64,000 bases of DNA from a bacterium (GCA_963669175.1 OY769902.1:3552001-3616000), one strand, 5' to 3'. Positions 49,191 to 59,207 are shown, counted from the first letter of the stretch. Program-made: numbers and translations. Notes: generated by a model from the letters alone, not told the origin.

Positions 49191-50231
49191 ATGCCCCTGA
49201 TACAAGAGATGGCACAAGCATACATTTCTTCACCAATAGAGAAGATTCACCATCTCAAAGGCGATGCATCTGCGAGACAAATATACCGTATTCAATGGGA
49301 CAACGAAACCTGCATAGGCGTCGAAGGCCCGAACGTATTGGAAAACAAGGCATTTCTTGGATTTTCCGCCACCTTCTCCAAGCTGGGATTGCCTGTCCCA
49401 ACAGTATTCTACATTGAACCTGAACAACGCGGTTACCTGCTTGAAGACCTCGGTGATCAAACTCTGTTTCAGCTTTTAGTAGAACAACGTGAAGCTAATC
49501 GAGGGACTTTTCCCGAAGAGACACTCCTCCCATACTATACTCAAGCCGTGGAACACCTTGTAGAGTTCCAATTGAGAAGCGCAGCGCACCTTGACTATTC
49601 CCTTTGCTATCAAACCGACTCCTTCACTCATGTTGCCTGGCAAAAAGACTGGGAGTATTTCCTCGAATATTTTGTTCATGGGCTATTCCCGGAAGTGTTC
49701 CCGGAAGACGCTTTCGCCAGGGAATTTTATAGGCTCAAAATTCTGCTTGAGAAGAATCCGGCAGAGTGGTTCCTTTACAGAGATTTCCAGTCCAGAAATA
49801 TTATGAAGACGGAGAAAGGATTACGTTTTATCGACTACCAATCAGGAAGACGTGGAGCAGTGTCATATGACATCGCCAGCCTGCTTGTTGACGCACGTGC
49901 CGATATTCCTTTCGATACCAGGGAGAAGTTGTTGGCCTGCCATTCTGAGCTGATCGCGGCTGAAACAGCATTATCAAAGCAATTTCTGGAAGAATCATAT
50001 GCCCCCTTCGCACTGATGCGTGTCTTGCAGGCACTCGGCAGTTACGGTAATAATGGTATACGACGTGGCCATACTGAACATATCCATTCCATTCCGTTGG
50101 GAATTCGGAACGCACTTCAACTCCTGGATCGAGATTCTGAATTGTCAACATTTCAGAATCTGCGTACCCTGTTCCTGAAAGCAATCGATGAACACCCCTG
50201 GGAAGTCTATCTTCAAGAAGGAAACAAGTGA
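49191..50231 (+). CDS. AmgK-like anomeric MurNAc/GlcNAc kinase (APH family); start uncertain
   Basis: GDASARQIYR, LEDLGD, YRDFQSRNIM, IDYQ, YDIASLL; adjacent MurU-like gene. Confidence 0.85.
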   Translation: MPLIQEMAQAYISSPIEKIHHLKGDASARQIYRIQWDNETCIGVEGPNVLENKAFLGFSATFSKLGLPVPTVFYIEPEQRGYLLEDLGDQTLFQLLVEQREANRGTFPEETLLPYYTQAVEHLVEFQLRSAAHLDYSLCYQTDSFTHVAWQKDWEYFLEYFVHGLFPEVFPEDAFAREFYRLKILLEKNPAEWFLYRDFQSRNIMKTEKGLRFIDYQSGRRGAVSYDIASLLVDARADIPFDTREKLLACHSELIAAETALSKQFLEESYAPFALMRVLQALGSYGNNGIRRGHTEHIHSIPLGIRNALQLLDRDSELSTFQNLRTLFLKAIDEHPWEVYLQEGNK

Positions 50232-51382
50232 TGGCGAACGATTTCCTGATCCGAGTGTACAGCTTCAGTTACCGTCTGTCCGGTCCACCTTATGACGTTA
50301 CCGAAAACGGCGGCGGGTTTGTTTTTGATTGCCGCGGCCTGCCAAATCCGGGCCGTGACCCTCATCTCGCGACGTTGACCGGGCTCGATACTGAAGTTAT
50401 CACGATGCTATCTTCGTATGACTCGGTGGAAGAATTCGTGAATACCGCCATCAGCCTGATCAGCGTCAACGCCGCTTCCTACACAGAACGCCATTTCTCT
50501 GACTTACAGGTATCCTTCGGGTGTACCGGCGGCAGGCACAGAAGTGTGTACTGTGCAGAGCTGGCAGCAAACAAATTACGTTCGCTGGGCTACCAGGTAG
50601 TATTGTGTCATTGGCAGATGGAACAGGAAGCGCCAGAAACTGCAGATAAAAAACGTGCCATGATTCTGGCAGCCGGGCTTGGAACCCGATTAGCCCCGTT
50701 GACAGATTCAACTCCCAAAGCGCTTGTTCAAGCCGGCAACATGCGGATGCTGGACTGGACCATCAAATCCATAGCTAAAGCAGGTTTCAATGGTATCACC
50801 ATCAACACCCACCATTTTCCGGAACAGATGCGTAAGGCGATAAAGGAACACATGTCAGCAACGCCTGCAACAACATTTCATATCAGCAAAGAAGAATCCT
50901 TACTGGGAACCGGTGGTGGCTTGAGGAACGCCGCACGTTTTCTGTTTTGTCCGTCACCTGTATTGGTCCACAATGTTGATATCTGGAGCAACTTCGACTT
51001 ACAGGCGTTATATGACCAGCATACCCCCACCGCCCTGGCAACACTAGCAGTACAGGAACGAACTTCATCACGCTATCTGCTTGTGGATGAGAAGTCGAAC
51101 ATATGCGGACGGTCTATCCATGGTGAAGTGCAGCTATGTTGCGAACCTACAGGGCGACTGACAGGTTTGGGCTATAGCGGGATCATGGTTGCGTCACCGG
51201 AACTACTCGCATTGAAGGCGGATACATTCGGTGAATCAATTATCGATTTCCTGCTTGACCGAATCAGCATGGGTGATCAGGTAAAAGCATGTAACATGCA
51301 AGGTAACTGGTTTGATATCGGCACGGTAGTAAAGCTGGAACGATTGCAGAGATTTCTTTCAACTTCGCGCATCACACAATGA
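50228..51382 (+). CDS. RapZ C-terminal-like domain fused to MurU-like nucleotidyltransferase
   Basis: SFSYR, GGGFVFDCRGLPNPG, FGCTGGRHRSV; then AMILAAGLGTRLAPLT..PKAL, LLGTGGG, WFDIGT. Confidence 0.88.
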   Translation: MMANDFLIRVYSFSYRLSGPPYDVTENGGGFVFDCRGLPNPGRDPHLATLTGLDTEVITMLSSYDSVEEFVNTAISLISVNAASYTERHFSDLQVSFGCTGGRHRSVYCAELAANKLRSLGYQVVLCHWQMEQEAPETADKKRAMILAAGLGTRLAPLTDSTPKALVQAGNMRMLDWTIKSIAKAGFNGITINTHHFPEQMRKAIKEHMSATPATTFHISKEESLLGTGGGLRNAARFLFCPSPVLVHNVDIWSNFDLQALYDQHTPTALATLAVQERTSSRYLLVDEKSNICGRSIHGEVQLCCEPTGRLTGLGYSGIMVASPELLALKADTFGESIIDFLLDRISMGDQVKACNMQGNWFDIGTVVKLERLQRFLSTSRITQ

Positions 51383-51391
51383 CGAAGAAGC

Positions 51392-52276
51392 TTAATGAGC
51401 CCGTTTTCGCAATAGTCTTTGTACCCGGGCAGACAGTTCATCCGGGCTGTGTGGTTTTACCACATAGTCATCGGCGCCATGTTTGAACGCTTTTACAATA
51501 TCGCCATCTCCCCCCAGGCTGGTCATCATAATAATCGGAACATTCTTGTAAGTATCCATCTTTCGAAGTTCCTGCAAGACCTCGAAACCGTTCTTGCCCG
51601 GCATTTTCACATCCAGTACAACCAGTGCATATTCCTTTTCCTGTGCCGCTTCCAATGCCGAGAGACCATCCATTACCCGGACAACATGCAAGCCGTCTTT
51701 GGCAAGGTTGTGTTCAACCATGGATCCGACCAGTTCATCATCCTCTGCCAGCAGAATTTCCGTTTCGTATTCAGTATGCATCGACCCCAGCGTAACAATC
51801 TTGTCTACCTGAAACTGAAGGATATCCTCCATTTCCTTCAAAGCCACCTGAACAGCTTGCTGGAGAGTAGTTTCATAGGGGACGGATAATACTCCACCTG
51901 TCAGCGATGTCCTGAATGGTTTTTCTCCCTTTGGACGGAAACGCACCCGCTTGAATTCCGTATGGGCTGCATCCAGTAGATTATTCACTTCGAACTGTCG
52001 CAGATGCGAGCTGATAATAACCAGCTTTGGCCCAGCCCAAATACCGATAAATGCCTTATCACCTAGCCTGCGTTTGATTAGTTTCGCTGCGTGCAACAAC
52101 ACTGCATCTGCTATCTTTTTCCTATATTTGTCAACTATCTTCTCAAAGTGGTTTACAAAAAGAACACTTACGCACCGCATCTCATCCATGGTCGCAGCAG
52201 TGCGTACATTCTCCCATTTTTCAACCAGTTCGGAAGTGTTCAACGCAATGACATCCGTTTTAAAATCCTTGTCCAT
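51392..52276 (-). CDS. Response regulator with degenerate N-terminal GGDEF-like domain and C-terminal receiver
   Basis: NHFEKIVDKY...ADAVL...WAGPKL (no GGDEF); receiver AEDD, LDVKMP, KP. Confidence 0.8.
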   Translation of the reverse strand: MDKDFKTDVIALNTSELVEKWENVRTAATMDEMRCVSVLFVNHFEKIVDKYRKKIADAVLLHAAKLIKRRLGDKAFIGIWAGPKLVIISSHLRQFEVNNLLDAAHTEFKRVRFRPKGEKPFRTSLTGGVLSVPYETTLQQAVQVALKEMEDILQFQVDKIVTLGSMHTEYETEILLAEDDELVGSMVEHNLAKDGLHVVRVMDGLSALEAAQEKEYALVVLDVKMPGKNGFEVLQELRKMDTYKNVPIIMMTSLGGDGDIVKAFKHGADDYVVKPHSPDELSARVQRLLRKRAH

Positions 52277-52363
52277 CGTTGTGCCTCAGCGTAAGCGACA
52301 GAAATTTGGGTGACTGAAAGTGAAGATACATCTTTTCAGCGAGTAACACATACAGGAAATATA

Positions 52364-53826
52364 CTCGGTTTTGCTCATTTTAGCGGATCAAGCGGCTTTG
52401 TGAATAAGGAATTTAAGGATATTGCTTTTCTTTTTTAAGAATCCGCGTGGCTGCTTGCATTCGGGAAAAATCGCCTGCATCCACAATTCAGCACGCAATG
52501 CCTGATGCACGTCTGAGAAACTGGGTTCCAGTTTTGTGTACCACTCTGTTTGCGCAACAGCTTTCTGCTCTGGCTGCTGACTATACCAAACAACCATCAG
52601 ACTGAACAAGCCAAACAGCAGGGGCACTGTTCTTTGAATCGATTTTTTTGACCAGTTTTCTGTCGTTTCGATACGCAGATGTTTCCGTGACTCTTCAAAC
52701 GTGGTTTCCAACGCCCATCGTCGTACATATGAGCTGACAACCTGGGCCGGGGTTAAGTCTGTTTTGGATGTAGATAAGACAATGTCCTTGTTTTTGCCGT
52801 CGGGATCACGCGCCACCACCCAGCGTATCAGGACAACATCTTCCCCGGAACGGTACCAGCAGCCAACACCGGAAAGCAGCAACAGGTCTTTTGTCTTGTT
52901 CCCATACCAGAGGCAAGACGCTTTTTCCCAGGCAGCATCCGGCTTTTTCGCCTCTTGTCCCGGTGCGGGCAAACGGTCACCGACTTTGCGCGGACGTCCA
53001 CGTTTCCCGTTCGGTGGAGGCGGCGGATCATGCAGCACCGTATCCATACGCGAATGCCCGATGATAGCAAGACGGTTCTCTTTCGCCACGAAACGGTGAA
53101 GTTCGTGGGCATTCAACGTACCGTCGGCAAGAATCAGAAAACGGCGGTCCGGAAACCATCGAAGCAGCAGACGCACCCCGAGAATGATCAGGTGTACAGG
53201 ACTGCGGTACTTCGATTCCGGAACACGCTTTTTGGCGATCTCCGGAAACACGAATACAGGAAGCGCCCAGATCTGCGAACGATAACGGGTGCGCAAACCA
53301 ATCGAAATCACCATCCATTGAAGACCGCGAGCATAAACGACTTTTGTCCCTGCTTTGCCCGAACGGACGGGATCACGGTGAACGGATATCTGGTAAACAT
53401 GCTTTCCCCAACGACGGATCAGGGTATCATCCACGATCAGAAGGATCGGATCACGTTCGGCAATCTGATCAAGTATCAAAGAGCAGAGAATCTTTGCCAG
53501 TTTCAGGGCGGACCAGTTGGCAGACGAAAGAAAATGGTGATAACAAGACCAACTCTTTTCAACCGGTCCGGGAAATACACGTAATAACTGACAGACTGTC
53601 TGACGACCGAAATTCAATACAGCGCCGATAGCCAACAGTACAAAATTCTCATAAACAGGTTTCCGAAACACCGGACGAAAACTTGCAAGTAACTCAAAAA
53701 ATGACGATGTTATGGCAGGCATGGTTATCTCCTTTACAACCCTGAAAGACTTGGACATCTTCTTGGTTGTAAAATGAACCATGCCTTTTACTTTTTGCAA
53801 GACCTGAGTAATTCAACAAAACCGAG
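52364..53826 (-). mobile_element. IS701-like insertion sequence, 1463 bp
   Basis: TIRs CTCGGTTTTGCTCATT / CTCGGTTTTGTTGAAT; flanking direct repeat AAATATA at 52357-52363 and 53827-53833. Confidence 0.9.
52388..53722 (-). CDS. DDE transposase (IS701-like, DDE_5)
   Basis: HHFLSSANW, LIVDDT, LADG, YVRRWALETTFEE; RBS AAAGGAG. Confidence 0.9.
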   Translation of the reverse strand: MPAITSSFFELLASFRPVFRKPVYENFVLLAIGAVLNFGRQTVCQLLRVFPGPVEKSWSCYHHFLSSANWSALKLAKILCSLILDQIAERDPILLIVDDTLIRRWGKHVYQISVHRDPVRSGKAGTKVVYARGLQWMVISIGLRTRYRSQIWALPVFVFPEIAKKRVPESKYRSPVHLIILGVRLLLRWFPDRRFLILADGTLNAHELHRFVAKENRLAIIGHSRMDTVLHDPPPPPNGKRGRPRKVGDRLPAPGQEAKKPDAAWEKASCLWYGNKTKDLLLLSGVGCWYRSGEDVVLIRWVVARDPDGKNKDIVLSTSKTDLTPAQVVSSYVRRWALETTFEESRKHLRIETTENWSKKSIQRTVPLLFGLFSLMVVWYSQQPEQKAVAQTEWYTKLEPSFSDVHQALRAELWMQAIFPECKQPRGFLKKKSNILKFLIHKAA

Positions 53827-53869
53827 AAATATAGCGATTCCCATTATTAATCCGTCATATGGTTATGTG

Positions 53870-54348
53870 CTAGCCCGAATATTTCACCAATGCAATTTCA
53901 AATGTGGTATTTGATGGAACGGCCAGTACAAGAACCACGGCAGTGGTTCACTGAATTAGCCCACCGTCCAGCGCCGTCTGTTTGGCGCTCACGGTGGGAA
54001 TAGGATGTACGCTACTTGCCACCCCCGGCAGCGGGTTGCCTAAATAATACCACTGTATACTTTTGATAATTATTAGGTTACTCCTTCCGGAGTAAATGTG
54101 TGGTGCGCATTATCTCCCCGGGTAGCCGCCAAACTGACGGCGGCAACCCTAGGCTAATACAGGTTGCCCCTGCCGGGGCGGTTGCCGATACTCAGCCTCA
54201 TTTTGCCAGCGAAACAGGGAATAGACACGCAAAGGGATACCGGAGCAAACTGTACCCTGAAAAATGCTGTATGAATCAGTTGTATTGTGCTGATATGAAC
54301 TGTGTTAAGATGATTCTCCATGTTTCGTTCATGAAATATTCGGGCTAG
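53870..54348. mobile_element. MITE-like non-autonomous element, copy 2
   Basis: Perfect 17-bp inverted ends CTAGCCCGAATATTTCA; internal REP-like hairpins; no credible ORF. Confidence 0.85.
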
Positions 54349-54388
54349 ATCAGTGAAAGGTCAACCATATAGTCGGAATAAGGGATAT

Positions 54389-54474
54389 GGAAAAAGGGGA
54401 CAGTTTCCTTTTCCAGGAATACTTCAGGAATATTCCGTATAAACGAGAGGAAAAGGATTCCGTCCCCTTTTCCC
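54389..54474. repeat. REP-like inverted pair related to the 19196-19545 units
   Basis: GGAAAAAGGGGACAGTTTCCTTTTCC ... GGAAAAGGATTCCGTCCCCTTTTCC. Confidence 0.6.
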
Positions 54475-54643
54475 GGCAATCTCCATTATGACGGAATAAA
54501 ATCGAGAACAGCAATAAAGCTATGAAGATTAAATCTCAGTATTGATTCCCCAAACTATCCTGGCATAAGAAAACAAACCGGAAATTCCACCCATGACTGG
54601 TAGAAATTTCCGGTACGAACCTGTCTTTCATGACAGAGCATTG

Positions 54644-56665
54644 TTAATCGGTTTTCGAATCCTTCAAATAGGTATTCAGGAATTCTTCCATATTGCGATA
54701 GAAGTCCAGACGATTCTCCTGGTGTGCAATACCATGTCCCTCATTTTCATAAAGGAAGTATTCGACAGTAGCTCCCGCCTCACGTGCTTCCTTGACAAAA
54801 GCATTTACCTGGTCAATCGGCACCATGTCGTCTTTTGCACCATGCGCAACCAGCACAGGCGCCTGGATAGCCTCGACATGATACAGCGGTGACCTTGCCT
54901 TCAGGAACTCAATGTCCTTCCTGTCTTCCGCTGTCCAGTCCTTTTCCTTTTTCATCTGCCCCTTGTACGGCCCTGATTCATATCTCGGCAAGCGTCCAAT
55001 ACGAGTATCATACAGGAAACGCGCAGACGCCCAGTAAGCAGGTATGGCATTCAGATACGAAATCAAATCCGGCATCCCTACAACAGAGATTCCGGCTTTC
55101 CAGATATCCGGAGTGAAGGTTAAAGCGCTCATGGCAGCGTAACCACCATAACTGCCACCATAAATCGCAACACGTTCCGGGTCAGCGATTCCCTGTTCAA
55201 CAGCCCAGTTCACCCCATCAACCAGGTCAGTCAACATGGCTCCGCCCCATTCACGGTTGCCTGCGTTGATATAGTCTTTTCCGTACCCGGATGATCCCCT
55301 GAAGTTGATCTGCAGGCAGGCGTAGCCACGATTCGCCAGCCATTGCGCTTCAGGATGATAGCCCCACACATCTCTTTTCCATGGGCCGCCATGAACATTC
55401 ACCACGATCGGACCGGGTTTTTCCCAATTTAACGGTTCTGTGAGGTAACCATGAATCGTCAAACCATCACGCGCCTTAAAACTGATCGGCTTCATGGGTG
55501 CAAGACGGACGTCCGATAACTGGGGGCGATAGTTAAACAGGTGTTTCAATTCCTGATCTTCGCTGCCGTACAGGTAAAAGCTCCCAGGGCCGGTGTCCTG
55601 CTGATACATAACGATCCACCAGCGCCCATCCCACAACCTGTCGGGAACATACAGGTCGCCATCATCCTGTTTCTTCAAAAAATTCATATCTCCAGCAATA
55701 GCAGAATCAAGGATAACCCATTCCAGTCGTGCACGTTGATAGCCAACAGCCTGAACCGTATGATTTTTCCAATCCACCATATACTGGCTGATATCATAAA
55801 CAGGATCAGAGACCAGCACCTTCCGTTCGCCGGTTTCCGGATAATACGTGACCAACGCGCCTGTGTTTCTGTCTTTGCTGTCAATCAGGTACATACCCTT
55901 GTCATCAGGCGTCGCAATGAGAAATCCGCTGTTCAACACATCTTCCGGCCCCCATTCGACAACCACTTCGAAGGGTTTGCCTTCAGATTTCCTCCACCAT
56001 ATCGCTTCACCGCCAGATTCCGTAAGCTGGATAAATCCACGAATATTAAAGGCCCAGTCAGAAATCCACCGGTAAACTCGCTCATCCCCCTTTTCGATCA
56101 GCTTATAAGCGAGGGTACGCGTGTTCACACGATATACATCATGAACAGTTGCGTCATGCAGATTCATGCTGATGAGGATTTCGTCGGGATACTCATGGCT
56201 GGTTTCAATTACATTGACTTTAACCCTGTGATTATACTGACCGTCAGGTGGCGCCAGCTTGTTACTTTCGCCGCTATTAACGTCTACTACATAAACCGAA
56301 AAGATTTTCGTCTCAGGATCTTCCCAATAATAAATGACCTGTTCATCATTCGGCACCCAGTAAAAATACCGGATTCCAGGGGCGGGCACACTGGTAATGG
56401 GCTTATCTACACTTCCATCCAGTGTTTTATACCAGAGGTTCATAGCGCCTTCATGGGGCGCCAGGTAGACATACTGCTCCTCAGTGAAGGCCAATCGTGG
56501 CGCTTCACTATCCGGATCCCCGAAAAGTACTTCAAGCGGGATTTTTTCGACCTGTTTATCTCCGGCACAATTCACAAAAACAAATGCGGAAATAAACATC
56601 ATCCCTGCCAGGAACCAGCCTGTCTGGCGGTTCAAAAAACTGTTGATCAGCTTCGTTGAATGCAA
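54644..56665 (-). CDS. S9 family peptidase (dipeptidyl/acylaminoacyl peptidase), probable lipoprotein
   Basis: HGGPW, NFRGSSGYG, GGSYGG, HGAKDD, EGHG; VNC lipobox-like site. Confidence 0.94.
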   Translation of the reverse strand: MHSTKLINSFLNRQTGWFLAGMMFISAFVFVNCAGDKQVEKIPLEVLFGDPDSEAPRLAFTEEQYVYLAPHEGAMNLWYKTLDGSVDKPITSVPAPGIRYFYWVPNDEQVIYYWEDPETKIFSVYVVDVNSGESNKLAPPDGQYNHRVKVNVIETSHEYPDEILISMNLHDATVHDVYRVNTRTLAYKLIEKGDERVYRWISDWAFNIRGFIQLTESGGEAIWWRKSEGKPFEVVVEWGPEDVLNSGFLIATPDDKGMYLIDSKDRNTGALVTYYPETGERKVLVSDPVYDISQYMVDWKNHTVQAVGYQRARLEWVILDSAIAGDMNFLKKQDDGDLYVPDRLWDGRWWIVMYQQDTGPGSFYLYGSEDQELKHLFNYRPQLSDVRLAPMKPISFKARDGLTIHGYLTEPLNWEKPGPIVVNVHGGPWKRDVWGYHPEAQWLANRGYACLQINFRGSSGYGKDYINAGNREWGGAMLTDLVDGVNWAVEQGIADPERVAIYGGSYGGYAAMSALTFTPDIWKAGISVVGMPDLISYLNAIPAYWASARFLYDTRIGRLPRYESGPYKGQMKKEKDWTAEDRKDIEFLKARSPLYHVEAIQAPVLVAHGAKDDMVPIDQVNAFVKEAREAGATVEYFLYENEGHGIAHQENRLDFYRNMEEFLNTYLKDSKTD

Positions 56666-56710
56666 ACGAAGTCCTCTCGGTTTAGGTATAGTTGTCCAGA
56701 AGTTACAATA

Positions 56711-56726
56711 TGCAAAAACGATTCCA
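56711..56726 (-). promoter_or_regulatory. Possible sigma54 promoter of S9 peptidase
   Basis: Minus strand TGGAATCGTTTTTGCA, GG-N10-GC. Confidence 0.4.
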
Positions 56727-56949
56727 AACTGGCAACACAGGAAAAGAGTTCAGAAATCATTGCCACTAAACAGGTTATCCACTCACAGTGTATGTAGAGG
56801 AAGACAAAGATTGCTTTAATACGCTACATGGCAAGATGATAAATGTATAATGGCACAACTCTTATTCCCTTCTTGACGATGAGTATAGACCCTATATGGC
56901 AACACCTTTTTTTCTTAATTTTCATCATCTTACAAAGCAACCAGCAATT

Positions 56950-56965
56950 TGGCATACCCCTTGCA
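56950..56965 (+). promoter_or_regulatory. Sigma54-type promoter
   Basis: TGGCATACCCCTTGCA, near consensus, about 40 bp before ATG 57007. Confidence 0.65.
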
Positions 56966-57006
56966 AAATAGCCTTTCAGAAACACATTCACTTGGAGGAA
57001 AGTAAG

Positions 57007-57450
57007 ATGAAGAGCCGGAAAGTAACCTTGATCATTATCGCTGCCCTGGTCATGAGCAGCTTTGCATTTGCACAAGACAACGCTGTCGCAGTCAGTGATA
57101 TAGAAGCAGAGTATTCTGCACCTGTCCTGATTGAACAGGTTGATGCACAGCGTGTCTTCTACGCGCCCGGTCGAGAAGTCGAAGGCTTCGTGACACTGGA
57201 AATGTTGGTTGATGAAGTTGGTGATGTTGAGAAAGTGCGCGTCACCTATCGCACCAGCAAACTTGCCGTCGCAAATGCAGTCGAAGCCGCTGAACTGTGG
57301 CAGTTTGAACCCGCCACCCTTGACAACACGCCTGTGAAGGCCTGGGTTTCGTACAACATCGCGTTCGGTCCCGACCTTGAAAACTTCGCCGACGCGAGTT
57401 ATTCACATAAAATCGAGCCAAACACGGATACATTCGCACTGCTGAAATAG
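57007..57450 (+). CDS. TonB C-terminal domain protein with signal peptide
   Basis: RBS GGAGG; AFA-Q cleavage site; VEGFVTLEMLVDEVG, AVEAAELWQFEPA. Confidence 0.8.
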   Translation: MKSRKVTLIIIAALVMSSFAFAQDNAVAVSDIEAEYSAPVLIEQVDAQRVFYAPGREVEGFVTLEMLVDEVGDVEKVRVTYRTSKLAVANAVEAAELWQFEPATLDNTPVKAWVSYNIAFGPDLENFADASYSHKIEPNTDTFALLK

Positions 57451-57466
57451 GCTCGATATCCAGGAT

Positions 57467-57545
57467 AAAAAAGGGCGCCGCTGGGCGCCCTTTTTTATAC
57501 CAGTCAAGATAGAATGAAAACGCCCAGACATTTGCCTGGGCGTTT
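57467..57545. terminator. Two adjacent intrinsic terminators between convergent genes
   Basis: AAAAAGGGCGCC..GGCGCCCTTTTTT and AAAACGCCCAG..CTGGGCGTTT. Confidence 0.8.
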
Positions 57546-57563
57546 GAAGTGTCGAACTTCGGC

Positions 57564-57764
57564 CTAGTGCTTGCGGACAACATTCTCTGCAGCCGGGCCT
57601 TTTTTGCCCTGCACAATTTCAAATTCGACTTCTTCACCCTCTTCGAGAGTTTTGAAGCCGTCGCCGCTGATTGCGCTGTAATGCACAAATACGTCCGAAC
57701 CTTCATCGGGCTCGATGAAACCGTAGCCCTTACCGCTGTCAAACCACTTTACTTTACCGTGCAT
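57564..57764 (-). CDS. Cold-shock protein (CspA family)
   Basis: [29 protein letters not shown]. Confidence 0.96.
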   Translation of the reverse strand: MHGKVKWFDSGKGYGFIEPDEGSDVFVHYSAISGDGFKTLEEGEEVEFEIVQGKKGPAAENVVRKH

Positions 57765-58036
57765 CAACCTGCTCCCCAAAATGTACTGTACGGACTCTTC
57801 CTCTAGCCCGCTCCCGATAAGAAGTTTACGGGTTTTTTAACGAATTAACCAATAGGTCAACCCCCTGGGGCTCCGGGAGAGACGCAACTTTTTCTATTTT
57901 TCCAAAAATTAACACAAGAATATAACGTCAATTGTAGCATTGACAAAGCTTACACGGCCCTACCCGAAATCCTACCTCTTCCAAACGCGATAACAAGGAG
58001 ACACCCGAGACTTGCTATTCCTTTCAAGACAGTTCA

Positions 58037-58064
58037 GTATTACTTTTTCATACCAACGTAATAT
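58037..58064. promoter_or_regulatory. Probable NikR operator
   Basis: GTATTA-N16-TAATAT, same geometry as E. coli GTATGA-N16-TCATAC, upstream of nikR. Confidence 0.6.
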
Positions 58065-58132
58065 TTTCGATGTTCAGAACAACTCGCGAGATACATTTTG
58101 CACTTCATGCTGCAACCTGGAGAATTCTACTT

Positions 58133-58573
58133 ATGGCAGACCTGCAACGGCTCAGCATTACGATGGAAGACGACCTGTATCAAAGGATGCAGGCGCTTCT
58201 TGAAAACGGCACCATTAAGAATCGTTCCAAGTTTTTCCGTGATCTGGTCAGAAACCGTCTGGTTGAACTGGAGTGGGAAGTTGAGAGTGAAGTAGTCGGT
58301 TCCATTACGATTGTCTATGACCATCATCGTGGCACCATACAAAAGAAGCTAACCAGCATTCAACATGATTTCGGTGATCAGATCCTTGCCAATACACATG
58401 TTCATCTCACTCATTCATTGTGTCTTGAAGTGATCATCGCACGCGGTCAGGGTATCAAGATCCGTGAGCTTGCCAACCGTTTGGGACAGGTGAAGGGTGT
58501 CGTTTATTCAGAAGTATCGGGTGGCTGCCTGCATGCCATCGACCATGAGGAACTGAGACATGCACATTCCTGA
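58133..58573 (+). CDS. nikR: Nickel-responsive regulator
   Basis: RLSITM ribbon-helix-helix, NRSKFFRDL, YDHH, QHDF, THVHL, CLEV. Confidence 0.93.
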   Translation: MADLQRLSITMEDDLYQRMQALLENGTIKNRSKFFRDLVRNRLVELEWEVESEVVGSITIVYDHHRGTIQKKLTSIQHDFGDQILANTHVHLTHSLCLEVIIARGQGIKIRELANRLGQVKGVVYSEVSGGCLHAIDHEELRHAHS

Positions 58574-59207
58574 TGGGTTCATATCTCCGGCAATCAATGC
58601 CACAACAGCAGCGATAAGCCTATCCGGGATAGTTCTGGCATCGTATCACGTAAGGAAGGAACTGGATGAACGAGCCGTACCACTCATAGGTGTTACAGCA
58701 GCATTCATTTTTGCAGCACAGATGTTGAATTTTCCGGTTCTGGCTGGAACCAGTGGACATTTCCTGGGGGCAGCGCTTGCGGTTTTCCTGCTCGGACCTT
58801 CTGCTTCTATCCTGGTAATGTCACTTGTTTTGTTGATCCAGTGCCTTGGATTTGCCGATGGCGGATTGACTGCTCTCGGCACCAATGTTTTCAATATGGG
58901 CCTGATCGCCGGACTTTCTGCCTACGGGATATTTCATGCGCTGAAAAGGCTTCTTCCCCAGTCACGCCTGGGGGAGGTCGCCAGTGTTGGCTTTGCTGCA
59001 TGGTTTTCGGTTGTGTTCGCTTCAGCGGCTGCATCATTGGAATTGGCGCTTTCGGGAACCTCAACCCTGTCTATTGTATTACCGGCCATGGTTGGCGTTC
59101 ATGCGGTTATTGGCGTCGGTGAAGCGATGATTACGGTGGCTGCCTACAGCATGGTGCGGAATGTTCGTCCTGATCTGATCCAATCTCACGCGTTACATCA
59201 GGAGTAG
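58560..59207 (+). CDS. nikM: ECF Ni/Co transporter S component (NikM/CbiM)
   Basis: N-terminal MHIPDG, AQMLNFP, GTSGH, DGGLTALG. Confidence 0.92.
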   Translation: MHIPDGFISPAINATTAAISLSGIVLASYHVRKELDERAVPLIGVTAAFIFAAQMLNFPVLAGTSGHFLGAALAVFLLGPSASILVMSLVLLIQCLGFADGGLTALGTNVFNMGLIAGLSAYGIFHALKRLLPQSRLGEVASVGFAAWFSVVFASAAASLELALSGTSTLSIVLPAMVGVHAVIGVGEAMITVAAYSMVRNVRPDLIQSHALHQE

